Assembly (NCBI GenBank): GCA_040223265.1
Contig: JAVKCY010000022.1
Coordinates: 47,171 to 111,170 of the forward strand
DNA length: 64,000 nucleotides
DNA from: Parvibaculum sp.
Lineage (GTDB): Bacteria; Pseudomonadota; Alphaproteobacteria; Parvibaculales; Parvibaculaceae
Direction: 5' to 3'
The position numbers and the translations under genes were made by a program. Below are positions 33,890 through 43,386 of the stretch, one piece after another. How positions within the stretch are numbered: the first letter of the stretch is position 1; each line of letters begins with the position of its first letter. The notes beneath the pieces are model-generated. The model was not told the origin of the DNA. It worked only from the letters and a program-made list of their open reading frames with translations, and searched no databases.

Positions 33890-34753
33890 TTACTCAGCAG
33901 CATTTTTCTTTTGTGCCGCTTCGTCTGCCTGCAGGTCTTCCCACTGTGGCATGCCGACAATGTTAAAGCCGCTATCAACGTGATGCACTTCGCCGGTCAC
34001 GCGCTTGGCAAGATCGGACAGAAGATAAAGTGCTGCCCCACCCACATCATCAAGCTCGATCGTTTCCTTGATCGGCGCGTGGCTTTTGTTCCATTTGAAC
34101 ACGTGACGTGCAGACCCGATGGCGGACCCGGCAAGGGTACGCATAGGCCCCGCTGAGATAGCGTTGACCCGAATGCCGACGCGGCCCAGATCAACGGAGA
34201 GATAGCGAACGCTCGCTTCAAGGGCTGCTTTGGCAACGCCCATCACGTTGTAGTTGGGCATCACACGTTCCGCACCTGCATAGGTGAGCGTGATCATCGA
34301 ACCACCGGGGTTCATCATATCCGCAGCGCGGCGCGCGACGTCGGTAAAGGAATAGCAGGAGATCTCCATCGTCTGACGGAAATTGCTGCGTGTCGTATCA
34401 AGATAGCGGCCCTTCAGCTCGTTCTTGTCGGAATAGGCAACCGCATGAACGATAAAGTCGATCGTGCCCCATTCCCGTTTGAGTGTTGCAAAGAGATCAT
34501 CAAGGCTTGCTTCATCCAGCACATCGCACGGGATGAGGAGATTGGAGCCGAGGCTTTCAGCGAGGGGCTTTACACGGCGGCCAAAAGCGTCACCCTGATA
34601 GGTAAAGGCAAGCTCCGCCCCATGGGCAGCGGCTGCCTTGGCGATGCCCCAAGCGATCGAATGATCGTTCGCGACGCCCATGATGAGGCCGCGTCGACCT
34701 GCCAAAAGGTCGCCAGATTGAAATGCGCTTCCGCGTGTGGTCCCGGTTGCCAT
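33890..34753 (-). CDS. fabI: enoyl-ACP reductase FabI
   Basis: GVANDHSIAWGIA, YNVMGVAKAALE, VNAISAGPMRTLA. Confidence 0.96.
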   Translation of the reverse strand: MATGTTRGSAFQSGDLLAGRRGLIMGVANDHSIAWGIAKAAAAHGAELAFTYQGDAFGRRVKPLAESLGSNLLIPCDVLDEASLDDLFATLKREWGTIDFIVHAVAYSDKNELKGRYLDTTRSNFRQTMEISCYSFTDVARRAADMMNPGGSMITLTYAGAERVMPNYNVMGVAKAALEASVRYLSVDLGRVGIRVNAISAGPMRTLAGSAIGSARHVFKWNKSHAPIKETIELDDVGGAALYLLSDLAKRVTGEVHHVDSGFNIVGMPQWEDLQADEAAQKKNAAE

Positions 34754-34916
34754 TCGTCAATAATCCGATCTGTATCGCTCACCCGCTCGCATGGGGATAA
34801 GCCCTATCTGTATCGATTTGGGACAATTGTCCCTACTATCCTAAAACACAGCAAATGCCGTGCCTCACGCCGTTTTACGCCATTCAGTCCTGCTCAAGAC
34901 CAGACCATCGCGACCG

Positions 34917-36134
34917 TTAACTGTCATACCGTTTGAAAACCAGCGATCCATTGGTGCCGCCAAAGCCGAAACTGTTCGACAGAACATGGTTCAGCTCAAT
35001 ATTATCAATCCGCTTGCGGACGATATTGGCGTGGGCGACTGCGGGATCAATCTCGCCAATATTGGCCGACTCGCAGATGAACTTGTTTTGCATCATCAAA
35101 AGAGAATAGATCGCCTCATGAACGCCGGCCGCCCCTTGCGCATGTCCGCTCAACGATTTGGTGGCAGAGATGGCAGGCATATCTTTTCCAAAGACTTCCG
35201 TAATGGCATTGATTTCAGGAATATCGCCAACCGGGGTCGATGTCGCATGCGGATTAATATAATCAATTTTCTCATGCACATTCTGGAGCGCAAGTTTCAT
35301 GGCGCGCACAGCACCTTCACCTGAAGGGGCCACCATGTCTGCGCCGTCAGAGGTCGCGCCATAGCCGACAATCTCTGCATAAATTTTCGCGCCGCGCGCT
35401 TTCGCCACTTCCAGCTCTTCCAGAACCAGAATGCCGCCCCCGCCGGAAATCACAAACCCGTCGCGATCATTGTCATAGGCGCGCGAGGCAACAGAAGGAT
35501 TGTCATTATATTTTGATGACATGGCACCCATCGCGTCAAACAGGTTGGAAAGCGACCAGGCAAGTTCCTCGCCACCGCCAGCAAACATCCGGTCTTGCTT
35601 ACCCCATTGAATAAGCTCCGCCGCATTGCCGATGCAATGTGTGGATGTCGTACACGCAGAGCTGATCGAATAGGTAGGCCCCTTGAGCTTGAAAAGCGTG
35701 GAGAGGTTGGCCGAGATGGTTGACGACATGGCTTTGGGGACGCTGGTTGGGCCAATGCGTTTTGGCCCTTTCTCGCGTGTGATATCTGCCGCTTGAACGA
35801 TAGCCAGCGTCGACGGACCACCTGAGCCCAGAATGCCGCCAGTGCGTTCATTGCTGACCTCAGCCTCTTCAAGTCCTGCATCACGAATGGCTTGTTCCAT
35901 CGCGATATAGGCATAGGCAGCGCCGTCACCCATAAAGCGGCGGGTCTTGCGATCCAGAGCTTCTTCAAGGTCGAGCTTGATCGATCCGTAGACTTGGCTG
36001 CGAAAGCCGAGCTTTTCATATTCGTCAGATTTGACGATGCCGGATTTTGCTTCGCGCAGGCTCGCCAGAACTTCTTGAGAATTATTACCGAGACTGGAAA
36101 CGATGCCCAAACCGGTTACTACGACACGCCTCAT
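34917..36134 (-). CDS. fabB: beta-ketoacyl-ACP synthase I
   Basis: [38 protein letters not shown]; adjacent to fabA. Confidence 0.96.
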   Translation of the reverse strand: MRRVVVTGLGIVSSLGNNSQEVLASLREAKSGIVKSDEYEKLGFRSQVYGSIKLDLEEALDRKTRRFMGDGAAYAYIAMEQAIRDAGLEEAEVSNERTGGILGSGGPSTLAIVQAADITREKGPKRIGPTSVPKAMSSTISANLSTLFKLKGPTYSISSACTTSTHCIGNAAELIQWGKQDRMFAGGGEELAWSLSNLFDAMGAMSSKYNDNPSVASRAYDNDRDGFVISGGGGILVLEELEVAKARGAKIYAEIVGYGATSDGADMVAPSGEGAVRAMKLALQNVHEKIDYINPHATSTPVGDIPEINAITEVFGKDMPAISATKSLSGHAQGAAGVHEAIYSLLMMQNKFICESANIGEIDPAVAHANIVRKRIDNIELNHVLSNSFGFGGTNGSLVFKRYDS

Positions 36135-36201
36135 GCTGGGTCTCCATGGCTGGGCGGGAACTTCCCGCCAGACAATTATGATTTCAATACTCGTTCAAAC
36201 C

Positions 36202-36305
36202 TAGAGCGTTTCCAGCTGAAGTTGAAGCACTTCGGCGTCCGGAAACGCGACAAACGAAAGGACTAGAGCCCAATTGTTATGCAATCAAAATTCCAATGGC
36301 TCTCG
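36202..36305 (+). repeat. Bru-RS/RIME-like palindromic element, copy A
   Basis: TAGAGCGTTTCCAGCTGAAGTTG...GGAAACGCGACAAACGAAAGGAC (62 bp), then TAGAGCC...GGCTCT imperfect terminal palindrome. Confidence 0.7.
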
Positions 36306-36419
36306 AGCGCGAAGAATGCGGTAAGTCCAAGAACGTCTGCAATTCCAAGAACGGGTGCAAGCATCAGCCTTGTAACGGGAGAAACTTGCCCGGCATCGAA
36401 AGGTAAAGTCGCAGGCCGG

Positions 36420-36944
36420 TCAGGCCGCGCCTTCCACCACAACGCGCAGATCTTCTGCTTTGTAAATCGGTTCGCCATCTGCTTTCAGCACACCGTCAGC
36501 TGTGAGCATGACGATCTTGCGATTGATGACGCGCTTCAGATCAATCTCATATTCAATGAGCTTCACCTTTGGTGTCACCATGCCGGAGAAACGCAGATTG
36601 CCGACGCCAATCGCGCGGCCTTTGCCCTTTGCGCCCATCCAGCCGAGGTAAAAGCCGACAAGCTGCCACATGCCATCCAGACCGAGACAGCCCGGCATAA
36701 TCGGGTCTCCTTCGAAATGGCATGGGAAGAACCAGCGATCTTCGTTGATCTCATATTCCGCGCGGATCACACCCTTGTCGAAGGCGCCGCCCGTATCAGC
36801 AATATGCGTAATCCGGTCCATCATCAGCATGGGAGGCAGAGGAAGCTGCGCATTACCCGGCCCGAACAATTTGCCGTGGCCACAGGTGATCAGATCTTCA
36901 TAGCTATAGCTTGATTTTGCTTCCGACAAATTTGCTTCCGACAT
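36420..36944 (-). CDS. fabA: 3-hydroxyacyl-ACP dehydratase/isomerase FabA
   Basis: [38 protein letters not shown]. Confidence 0.96.
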   Translation of the reverse strand: MSEANLSEAKSSYSYEDLITCGHGKLFGPGNAQLPLPPMLMMDRITHIADTGGAFDKGVIRAEYEINEDRWFFPCHFEGDPIMPGCLGLDGMWQLVGFYLGWMGAKGKGRAIGVGNLRFSGMVTPKVKLIEYEIDLKRVINRKIVMLTADGVLKADGEPIYKAEDLRVVVEGAA

Positions 36945-37178
36945 AAGTCTGTCCGCTCCGCATCCCTTGGGGCGCCGGGAGGTTTGCCTCGCCGTCGCCA
37001 ATTATCCTGAAATGGCCGGTCTTAACCCCGGTTCTTATTGCTTCAATATAGATCTCGCCGCTTCGTAACACACCCCGCTTCGCGCGCAAACCCTTGAATT
37101 TTACTGAAAAATCTCTACTTCGCCTGATATGTCACCCGCTTGCGACGGATTATCGGGGCAGGCACCAGACCTCTCGAC

Positions 37179-37206
37179 TTGACAAAACCACGTTTGATCC
37201 CACATT
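37179..37206 (+). promoter_or_regulatory. sigma70-type promoter of irr
   Basis: TTGACA-N16-CACATT. Confidence 0.5.
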
Positions 37207-37214
37207 GTGTGGTT

Positions 37215-37233
37215 GTTTGTAATGATTACAAAC
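37215..37233. promoter_or_regulatory. perfect 19-bp palindrome (ICE/Per-box-like), candidate irr autoregulatory operator
   Basis: GTTTGTAATGATTACAAAC just downstream of the putative -10. Confidence 0.7.
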
Positions 37234-37347
37234 TAGCAGGGGCTCAGCGCCTTGCCTCAGACTTGCGAAATAAGTTGGTTTTCTGGGGTTTCCTGGTTGT
37301 TGGGGTTATCTGGCTGCGGGGCCTGCTAAGTTGAAGGAATGGTTGGC

Positions 37348-37797
37348 ATGGACGCCAAGTTGGACAATGCTGAAATGGAAAACGGGACGCGTCCCTACAG
37401 CCAGACGCTCGCCCGGTTGCGCGACGCTGGGCTGCGCCCGACCCGTCAGCGTCTCGCCTTGGGCCGTCTTCTGTTTGAAGGCGGAGACCAGCATGTAACG
37501 GCCGAGCGCCTCCACGAACAGGCGCAAGGGGCCGGTGTTTCTGTGTCATTGGCAACCGTCTACAACACGCTCCACCAGTTCACAGACGTAAATCTCCTGC
37601 GCGAAGTGGTGGTGGATTCATCCCGCACCTATTTCGACACGAACGTGAGCGATCACCATCACTTCTTTCATGAGGACGATGGACGTCTGATGGATATTGA
37701 TGGCGCAAAGATCGAAGTGTCGGGCTTGCCCGAAGCACCTGCGGGCACAGGCGTGTCGCGCGTCGACATCGTGATCCGGGTCCGCTCCCGCGACTAA
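37348..37797 (+). CDS. irr: iron response regulator Irr (Fur family)
   Basis: GLRPTRQR, HVTAE-x-LH, VSLATVYNTLHQFT, YFDTN-x-SDHHHFF; divergent from fabA as in other alphaproteobacteria; alternative start 37339. Confidence 0.92.
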   Translation: MDAKLDNAEMENGTRPYSQTLARLRDAGLRPTRQRLALGRLLFEGGDQHVTAERLHEQAQGAGVSVSLATVYNTLHQFTDVNLLREVVVDSSRTYFDTNVSDHHHFFHEDDGRLMDIDGAKIEVSGLPEAPAGTGVSRVDIVIRVRSRD

Positions 37798-37827
37798 TCT
37801 CATTCTCGCCAGTTGCAATTCATTCTC

Positions 37828-37844
37828 TTTAGAATGATTATAAT
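37828..37844. promoter_or_regulatory. ICE-like box upstream of rubrerythrin
   Basis: TTTAGAATGATTATAAT (15/17 to ICE consensus). Confidence 0.7.
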
Positions 37845-37847
37845 CTG

Positions 37848-37876
37848 TTGACGAACCTATTGGGTTCGCTTAGGTT
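37848..37876 (+). promoter_or_regulatory. sigma70-type promoter of the rubrerythrin operon
   Basis: TTGACG-N17-TAGGTT. Confidence 0.65.
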
Positions 37877-37994
37877 AATTTGAACGCGCCTCAAAAGGTG
37901 CGCGTGGGCGACGGGGGCTAAGCCACTTAACAGGGCTTGGCGATCCCCGATGGCTCTCAAACCGACAGATCTATAACAGGCGAGGAGAACGCAC

Positions 37995-38414
37995 ATGTCG
38001 CTAGCTGGTTCCAAAACCGTAGACAATCTCAAGGCAGCATTTGCTGGCGAAAGCCAGGCAAACCGCCGCTACCTCTATTTCGCTCAGAAGGCAGACGTTG
38101 AAGGCTTCAACGATGTCGCTGCTGTTTTCCGCTCAACAGCGGAAGGTGAAACAGGTCACGCGCACGGCCATCTGGAGTTTCTGGAAGAAGTGGGCGATCC
38201 CGCAACCGGTGAGCCCATCGGCAGCACGGATCTCAACCTCAAAGCCGCAATCGCTGGTGAAACCCATGAATACACGGACATGTATCCGGGCATGGCCCGC
38301 ACCGCCCGTGACGAAGGGTTTGACGAGATCGCCGACTGGTTTGAAACACTGGCCAAGGCTGAAAAAAGCCATGCCGGTCGTTTCCAGAAGGCGCTAGACG
38401 CCCTCAACGACTAA
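37995..38414 (+). CDS. rbr: short aerobic-type rubrerythrin without a rubredoxin domain
   Basis: [48 protein letters not shown] diiron ligands; 139 aa. Confidence 0.93.
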   Translation: MSLAGSKTVDNLKAAFAGESQANRRYLYFAQKADVEGFNDVAAVFRSTAEGETGHAHGHLEFLEEVGDPATGEPIGSTDLNLKAAIAGETHEYTDMYPGMARTARDEGFDEIADWFETLAKAEKSHAGRFQKALDALND

Positions 38415-38422
38415 TCCGATTT

Positions 38423-38466
38423 AGTGAGGGGCCCTGCTTTCATTATGAGGCCCCTCATACTTTTTT
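38423..38466 (+). terminator. intrinsic-terminator-like hairpin between rbr and the Fe-S oxidoreductase
   Basis: TGAGGGGCC...GGCCCCTCA then TACTTTTTT. Confidence 0.65.
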
Positions 38467-38481
38467 GACGGGGGAGAGAAA

Positions 38482-39867
38482 ATGAGCCGCGAAGGAAGTC
38501 TTGAAGCGCCGACCCGCCATCCGCTGAATTGGCAGGACCCATCCTTTTACAGTGCCGAAGACCTTGATGTCGAACTCCGTCGGGTTTTTGACATTTGTCA
38601 CGGCTGCCGTCGTTGCTTCAATCTCTGCGACAGTTTCCCGCGCCTGTTCGATCTGGTGGACGAGTCCGCAAGCGGCGAGCTTGACACTGTTTCAAGCGAT
38701 GCCTTCGGACCTGTGGTTGATGCCTGCACGCTGTGCGACATGTGTTACATGACCAAATGTCCGTACGTGCCACCCCATGAATTCAATCTCGACTTCCCGC
38801 ATTTGATGTTGCGCTATCGTGCGGCGGAAGCAAAAGCCAAAGGCGGCTTCCCGTTTGTGCAAAGTCAATTGGCGCAAATGGACCGTAATGGATCGATGGC
38901 AGCCCCCGTGGCGGGCCTTGCCAATTGGGGCTCCAAACGCACCAATAAATTGACCCGTCCTGTGATGGAGAAAGTCTCTGGCATTGACGCCCGCGCCGAA
39001 CTGCCGAAATTTGCCGGCAAGACCTTTATGATGCGTGCCAAGGCGGATGATGCGTCGGGTGCCCTTGCCGTCAACACGTCTGCGCCAGCCTTCGGACGGA
39101 AGGTTGCCATCTTCGCTACATGTTTTGTGAATTACAACAATCCCGACGCAGGCATCGCCGCACGCAAAGTGCTGGCCCACAACGGTGTTGAAACAAAGCC
39201 TGCTTATCCCGGCTGCTGTGGCATGCCGCATCTGGAAAGCGGCAATATTGAAAAGGTGGCAGAGCAGGCCCGCAAAGTCTCACGCGAGCTGAAACCCCTG
39301 ATCGATGACGGCTATGACATTCTGGCACTCACCGCATCCTGTGGTCTGATGCTGAAATTTGAATGGCCACTCATTCTGCCTGACGATGAATACGTCAAAG
39401 CCTTGTCGCAGGCCACATTCGACATTGATGAATATGTTGTCGACATTGCCAAGAAAGAAGGCCTCGCCGACGGCCTTAAGCCCGTTGAAGGGGGCGTCAC
39501 GGCACATCTTGCCTGCCACGCACGGGCGCAGAACATGGGCCCCAAATCAGCGGAAATGATGCGGCTTATTCCCGGTACAAAAATTGATGTGGTCGAGCGT
39601 TGCTCTGGCCATGGTGGTACGTTTGGCGTGATGAAAGAGACGTTTGATCTCGCGATGAAAGTCGGCAAGACCGCAGCGCGCAATGTCGCCAAGACCGAAA
39701 ACAAATATGTAACGTCAGACTGCCCGCTCGCAGCAAAACATTTGGTCCATGAAATTGAAACGTTGAACGGTGAAGGCAGCCCAAATGGTGGCAGCGAAGC
39801 AAAGCCTTTGCCCAAAGCCCATCACCCGATCGAGATCATGGCGCGCGCCTATGGGTTGATCGACTGA
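38482..39867 (+). CDS. rubrerythrin-associated Fe-S oxidoreductase (GlpC/HdrB-like, 4Fe-4S plus CCG domains)
   Basis: CHGCRRCFNLC, CTLCDMCYMTKC, GCCGMP, RCSGHGG, SDCP. Confidence 0.88.
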   Translation: MSREGSLEAPTRHPLNWQDPSFYSAEDLDVELRRVFDICHGCRRCFNLCDSFPRLFDLVDESASGELDTVSSDAFGPVVDACTLCDMCYMTKCPYVPPHEFNLDFPHLMLRYRAAEAKAKGGFPFVQSQLAQMDRNGSMAAPVAGLANWGSKRTNKLTRPVMEKVSGIDARAELPKFAGKTFMMRAKADDASGALAVNTSAPAFGRKVAIFATCFVNYNNPDAGIAARKVLAHNGVETKPAYPGCCGMPHLESGNIEKVAEQARKVSRELKPLIDDGYDILALTASCGLMLKFEWPLILPDDEYVKALSQATFDIDEYVVDIAKKEGLADGLKPVEGGVTAHLACHARAQNMGPKSAEMMRLIPGTKIDVVERCSGHGGTFGVMKETFDLAMKVGKTAARNVAKTENKYVTSDCPLAAKHLVHEIETLNGEGSPNGGSEAKPLPKAHHPIEIMARAYGLID

Positions 39868-39891
39868 CACCGAAAGAACGAGACGAACAGT

Positions 39892-40485
39892 ATGACGGCA
39901 CTTCGCACAACCATTACCCGCGATGACATTCTGGATCTGGCAGCTTACGAGGCAGAGCGTCCCGCGCGCCGCGCACAGTTGCGGGAGATAAAGCGCGACC
40001 GTCGTGTGGAAGTGGGCCCTTGTGCCACTTTCTATTTCGAGAGTTACGACACAATGCTTCACCAGGTGCATGAAATGTTGCGCATCGAAAAAGGTGGTGA
40101 CGAGCAATTGGTGGACGAACTGTCCGCCTACAACCCGCTCATCCCCCAGGGCCGCGACCTTGTGGCAACGTTGATGTTTGAGATCGATGATGAGGTGCGC
40201 CGCGACCGCTTACTGCGCCAGCTCACCCATGTGGAAAAAACGGTCTATCTGGAGATCGACGGCAAGCGTATTGCCGCGCGTGCTGAAGACGATGTGGAGC
40301 GAACGAAAGATGATGGCAAAACATCGTCCATTCATTTTCTGCATTTCGATCTGACCGATGAGGATGCAAAAGCCTTCAAGGCAGGCACGGTGCCGGTCAC
40401 ACTCGGCATTGGTCATGAGGCCTACCCGCATCAAGCGGGCCTGACCGCGCCGGTGCGCGCATCATTGAGCGCCGATTTAGCCTGA
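39892..40485 (+). CDS. DUF3501-family protein
   Basis: RRVEVGP, FESYDTMLHQVHEMLRIE, YNPLIP, LMFEID, SSIHFLHF; standard partner of aerobic rbr. Confidence 0.85.
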   Translation: MTALRTTITRDDILDLAAYEAERPARRAQLREIKRDRRVEVGPCATFYFESYDTMLHQVHEMLRIEKGGDEQLVDELSAYNPLIPQGRDLVATLMFEIDDEVRRDRLLRQLTHVEKTVYLEIDGKRIAARAEDDVERTKDDGKTSSIHFLHFDLTDEDAKAFKAGTVPVTLGIGHEAYPHQAGLTAPVRASLSADLA

Positions 40486-40520
40486 ATTCTGACCCGAGCT
40501 TTCTTTGGCGTGAGGGCGGA

Positions 40521-41099
40521 TCACTCGAACTCTTCGTCCCCGTAAACGCCCCAGAGATTGCCTTTCGGCACCCATCCGACATAGTCGCCAATGGCGACGC
40601 GGCACAGACTGCCATTGCAGGCTTCGACCTCGCCGATCACACCATCCTCTGCGGCGGCAATGATTTCGCGCATGTCGGGCAACTGAAAGAGCGGCGCCGT
40701 TTCTTCATTCCGCTCGGGGCGCAAAATCGCAGTCCGGTCCCCATCCAGCAAGGAATGATAGACCCAGCCCATCTCGCCATCCGAATCCCTTATGCGCCGC
40801 CAATGCTCAAACTCGGCAATCACCTCAACGGGAAGCCCTTTGCGCTGGTAAATCCATGCAACAGCGTGATTGCGGCTCGGTCCCACACGGACATTCACCT
40901 TGCCAGATTTGAGGCTTACATAGCGCGGGAGCGGTAGCCCGGTCTCAAGCCCGGTCAGCTCCGTCGCGCGAGCAATACTTGAAACCCCGGAGAGCGGCGA
41001 ACACAGCAATGTCAGGAGCACGGCAACCCAAAAAACCCGAGCGCAAAGCGTGTCGCGCCGGTTCATCCTGAGCAAAGCCATGTTTTTGATCACAAACAT
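40521..41099 (-). CDS. exported tandem SH3 (SH3_4) domain protein
   Basis: LPLPRYVSLK, VNVRVGPS, PVEVIAEFEHWRRIRD-x-DG-x-GWV; start uncertain. Confidence 0.85.
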   Translation of the reverse strand: MFVIKNMALLRMNRRDTLCARVFWVAVLLTLLCSPLSGVSSIARATELTGLETGLPLPRYVSLKSGKVNVRVGPSRNHAVAWIYQRKGLPVEVIAEFEHWRRIRDSDGEMGWVYHSLLDGDRTAILRPERNEETAPLFQLPDMREIIAAAEDGVIGEVEACNGSLCRVAIGDYVGWVPKGNLWGVYGDEEFE

Positions 41100-41333
41100 C
41101 CTTAGACCGAGCTTTTGCAGTGCGGCTGAACGGAAAGAGCGAATCTCATATACCGTTTATGACAAGTGGCATGCGCCCCGGTCAAGTGTTCGCTGTCAAG
41201 CTCACCATCGTCAGGCTTTGATCTGGAGAGGATTGCAGACAGCGAAGGGCTTGCGCAGGCCCCAAACGTGCTAGACTCGGGCGCAGAGGGGTCGCTAGCT
41301 CAAGATCCGCTCGACACGTTGAAAGGAAGCAGA

Positions 41334-42332
41334 ATGGGGACAAGCTCCAGCAGACCTCGGGTCATCGTCACGCGCAAATTGCCAGCTTCAATTGAGGCGC
41401 GGCTCTGCGAATTGTTTGACACAAAGCTGAACGAGACAGATGAGCCGATGAGCCAGGCAGCCCTCGCTGTCGCGCTGCGCGAGGCCAATGTCCTTGTCCC
41501 CACAGTGACCGATAGGATTGATGGCCGTTTGCTGGCGCAAGCGGGGACCGATCTCCGGCTCATTGCCCAGTTCGGGACCGGCGTTGACAATATTGATGTG
41601 GAGACCGCCGTCTCTCGCGGCATTACTGTCACGAATACGCCAAGCGTCTTGACTGACGATACCGCCGACATGACTATGGCGCTGATACTGGCCGTCCCGC
41701 GCCGTATCGCAGAGGGCGCGCGCTTTATCCGTGAGCGCGGCTCGCTCTGGACAGGCTGGTCACCGACCTGGATGCTGGGACGGCGCTTGCGGGGCAAGAA
41801 GCTTGGCATTGTTGGCATGGGGCGTATCGGCCAGGCCGTGGCGCGGCGCGCGGTAGCGTTCGGGCTCGACATTCATTACCATAATCGGCATCCCATCAAT
41901 CCGGCAGTTCAGAAAGACCTGAAGGCCACTTATTGGCTAAACCTTGAAGAGATGCTGGCCAAAATAGATATTCTCTCACTCAATTGCCCGCATACGCCTG
42001 CGACCTATCACCTGATGAACACGCACCGCCTCAAGCTGATGAAGCCTGACGCCTTTATCGTCAACACATCGCGCGGCGAAGTGATCGACGAAAATGCTCT
42101 GGCCCGCGCGTTGGAAGCAGGAGAGCTCGCCGGAGCCGGGCTTGATGTTTTCGAGCAGGAGCCGCTTATCAACCCGCGTTTGCTGGAGCTGGACAATGTC
42201 GTGCTGTTGCCACATCTGGGATCGGCCACAGTCGAAGGCCGGATCGAGATGGGGGAGAAGGTGCTGATCAATATTCGCACCTGGGCCGATGGTCACAAAC
42301 CGCCGGACCGCGTGATCCCCGCTATTCTCTAA
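41334..42332 (+). CDS. D-2-hydroxyacid dehydrogenase (glyoxylate/hydroxypyruvate reductase family)
   Basis: FGTGVDNID, GIVGMGRIG, VNTSRG, GLDVFEQEP, PHLGSAT; ATG 41334 after AAGGA. Confidence 0.92.
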   Translation: MGTSSSRPRVIVTRKLPASIEARLCELFDTKLNETDEPMSQAALAVALREANVLVPTVTDRIDGRLLAQAGTDLRLIAQFGTGVDNIDVETAVSRGITVTNTPSVLTDDTADMTMALILAVPRRIAEGARFIRERGSLWTGWSPTWMLGRRLRGKKLGIVGMGRIGQAVARRAVAFGLDIHYHNRHPINPAVQKDLKATYWLNLEEMLAKIDILSLNCPHTPATYHLMNTHRLKLMKPDAFIVNTSRGEVIDENALARALEAGELAGAGLDVFEQEPLINPRLLELDNVVLLPHLGSATVEGRIEMGEKVLINIRTWADGHKPPDRVIPAIL

Positions 42333-42493
42333 AGCGTTTTTAGTAAAAGTTGCAGACTTTTACGGTTCGAAAACGCGAGGAAAAAAGAATTGGAGCGTTT
42401 TCAGTAAAAGTTGCAGACTTTTACGGTTCGAAAACGCGAGGAAAAAAGAATTAGAGCGTTTCTCGTGATTCAGTTTAAGTGAGAAACGCTCTA
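42330..42493 (+). repeat. Bru-RS/RIME-like palindromic element, copy B (two 61-bp units plus a 13-bp terminal inverted repeat)
   Basis: units 42330-42390 and 42391-42451 nearly identical; TAGAGCGTTTCTC (42452-64) / GAGAAACGCTCTA (42481-93). Confidence 0.9.
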
Positions 42494-43297
42494 GATCAGA
42501 TGGACTGAAAGATCTGTGATGACGGGATTTGCACCGGTCAGCGGATTGGCTGGATCATGGCGGAGCGTGATGGTGCGAACCCGCGCATCCAAGGCATCAT
42601 AGATGAGGAGCTTACCCGCGAGCCCTGTTCCCGCACCGGTGATCTCCTTGATAACCTCAAGCGCCTGAAGCGATCCCATGACGCCGGTCAGGGCACCAAG
42701 CACACCTGCCTGTTCGCAGGTCGGTACACTTCCCTCTGTGGGCATGGCCGAAATGAAATCACGATAGGTCGGCAGGGGGACACCGTCAGCGTCCCGTTCA
42801 TAGCCCTTGAAGGTGGAAAGCTGCCCGTCAAACCGGCCAACAGCGGCTGAGACAAGCGGCACTTTGGCAAAATAGCAGGCATCATTCACCAGGAAGCGCG
42901 TCGCGAAATTATCGCATCCGTCCGCCACAATGTCATATTGGTTGATCAGGGTCTGCGCATTGCCGGCATCAAGCCTCGCCTCATGAGTGACAATTTGCAC
43001 ATGCGGATTGATGTTGAGGATGGCATCGCGCGCGCTTTCAACTTTCGCACGCCCCACATCTTTGGTGCCATGCACGATCTGGCGCTGCAGGTTGGAAAGC
43101 GAGACATGATCATCATCAATAATGCCGATCGTACCAACACCCGCTGCAGCAAGATAAAGCAGAAGGGGTGAGCCAAGCCCGCCTGCGCCGATCACCAGCA
43201 CGCGGGCTTTCAACAATCTCTGTTGGCCTGGCCCGCCAATTTCTTTCAGCACCAAATGGCGGGCATAGCGTTCAAGCTCATCTTCGGAGAGCGGCAT
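42491..43297 (-). CDS. moeB: MoeB/ThiF-family adenylyltransferase
   Basis: LERYARH, VIGAGGLGSP, SNLQRQ, DGCDNFATR, CEQAGVLG; no C-terminal rhodanese domain. Confidence 0.92.
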   Translation of the reverse strand: MPLSEDELERYARHLVLKEIGGPGQQRLLKARVLVIGAGGLGSPLLLYLAAAGVGTIGIIDDDHVSLSNLQRQIVHGTKDVGRAKVESARDAILNINPHVQIVTHEARLDAGNAQTLINQYDIVADGCDNFATRFLVNDACYFAKVPLVSAAVGRFDGQLSTFKGYERDADGVPLPTYRDFISAMPTEGSVPTCEQAGVLGALTGVMGSLQALEVIKEITGAGTGLAGKLLIYDALDARVRTITLRHDPANPLTGANPVITDLSVHLI

Positions 43298-43386
43298 CAA
43301 AATTTCCTCATACCCCACATACCTCGCGGGTAAGGGACAATCCGCCACGGCTGGCTGCAAATGTCAAACCGGCAGGGCGATCTTGC

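Noticed and set aside
42330-42451. CRISPR array
   Set aside because: Contiguous 61-bp units with no unique spacers and no cas genes.
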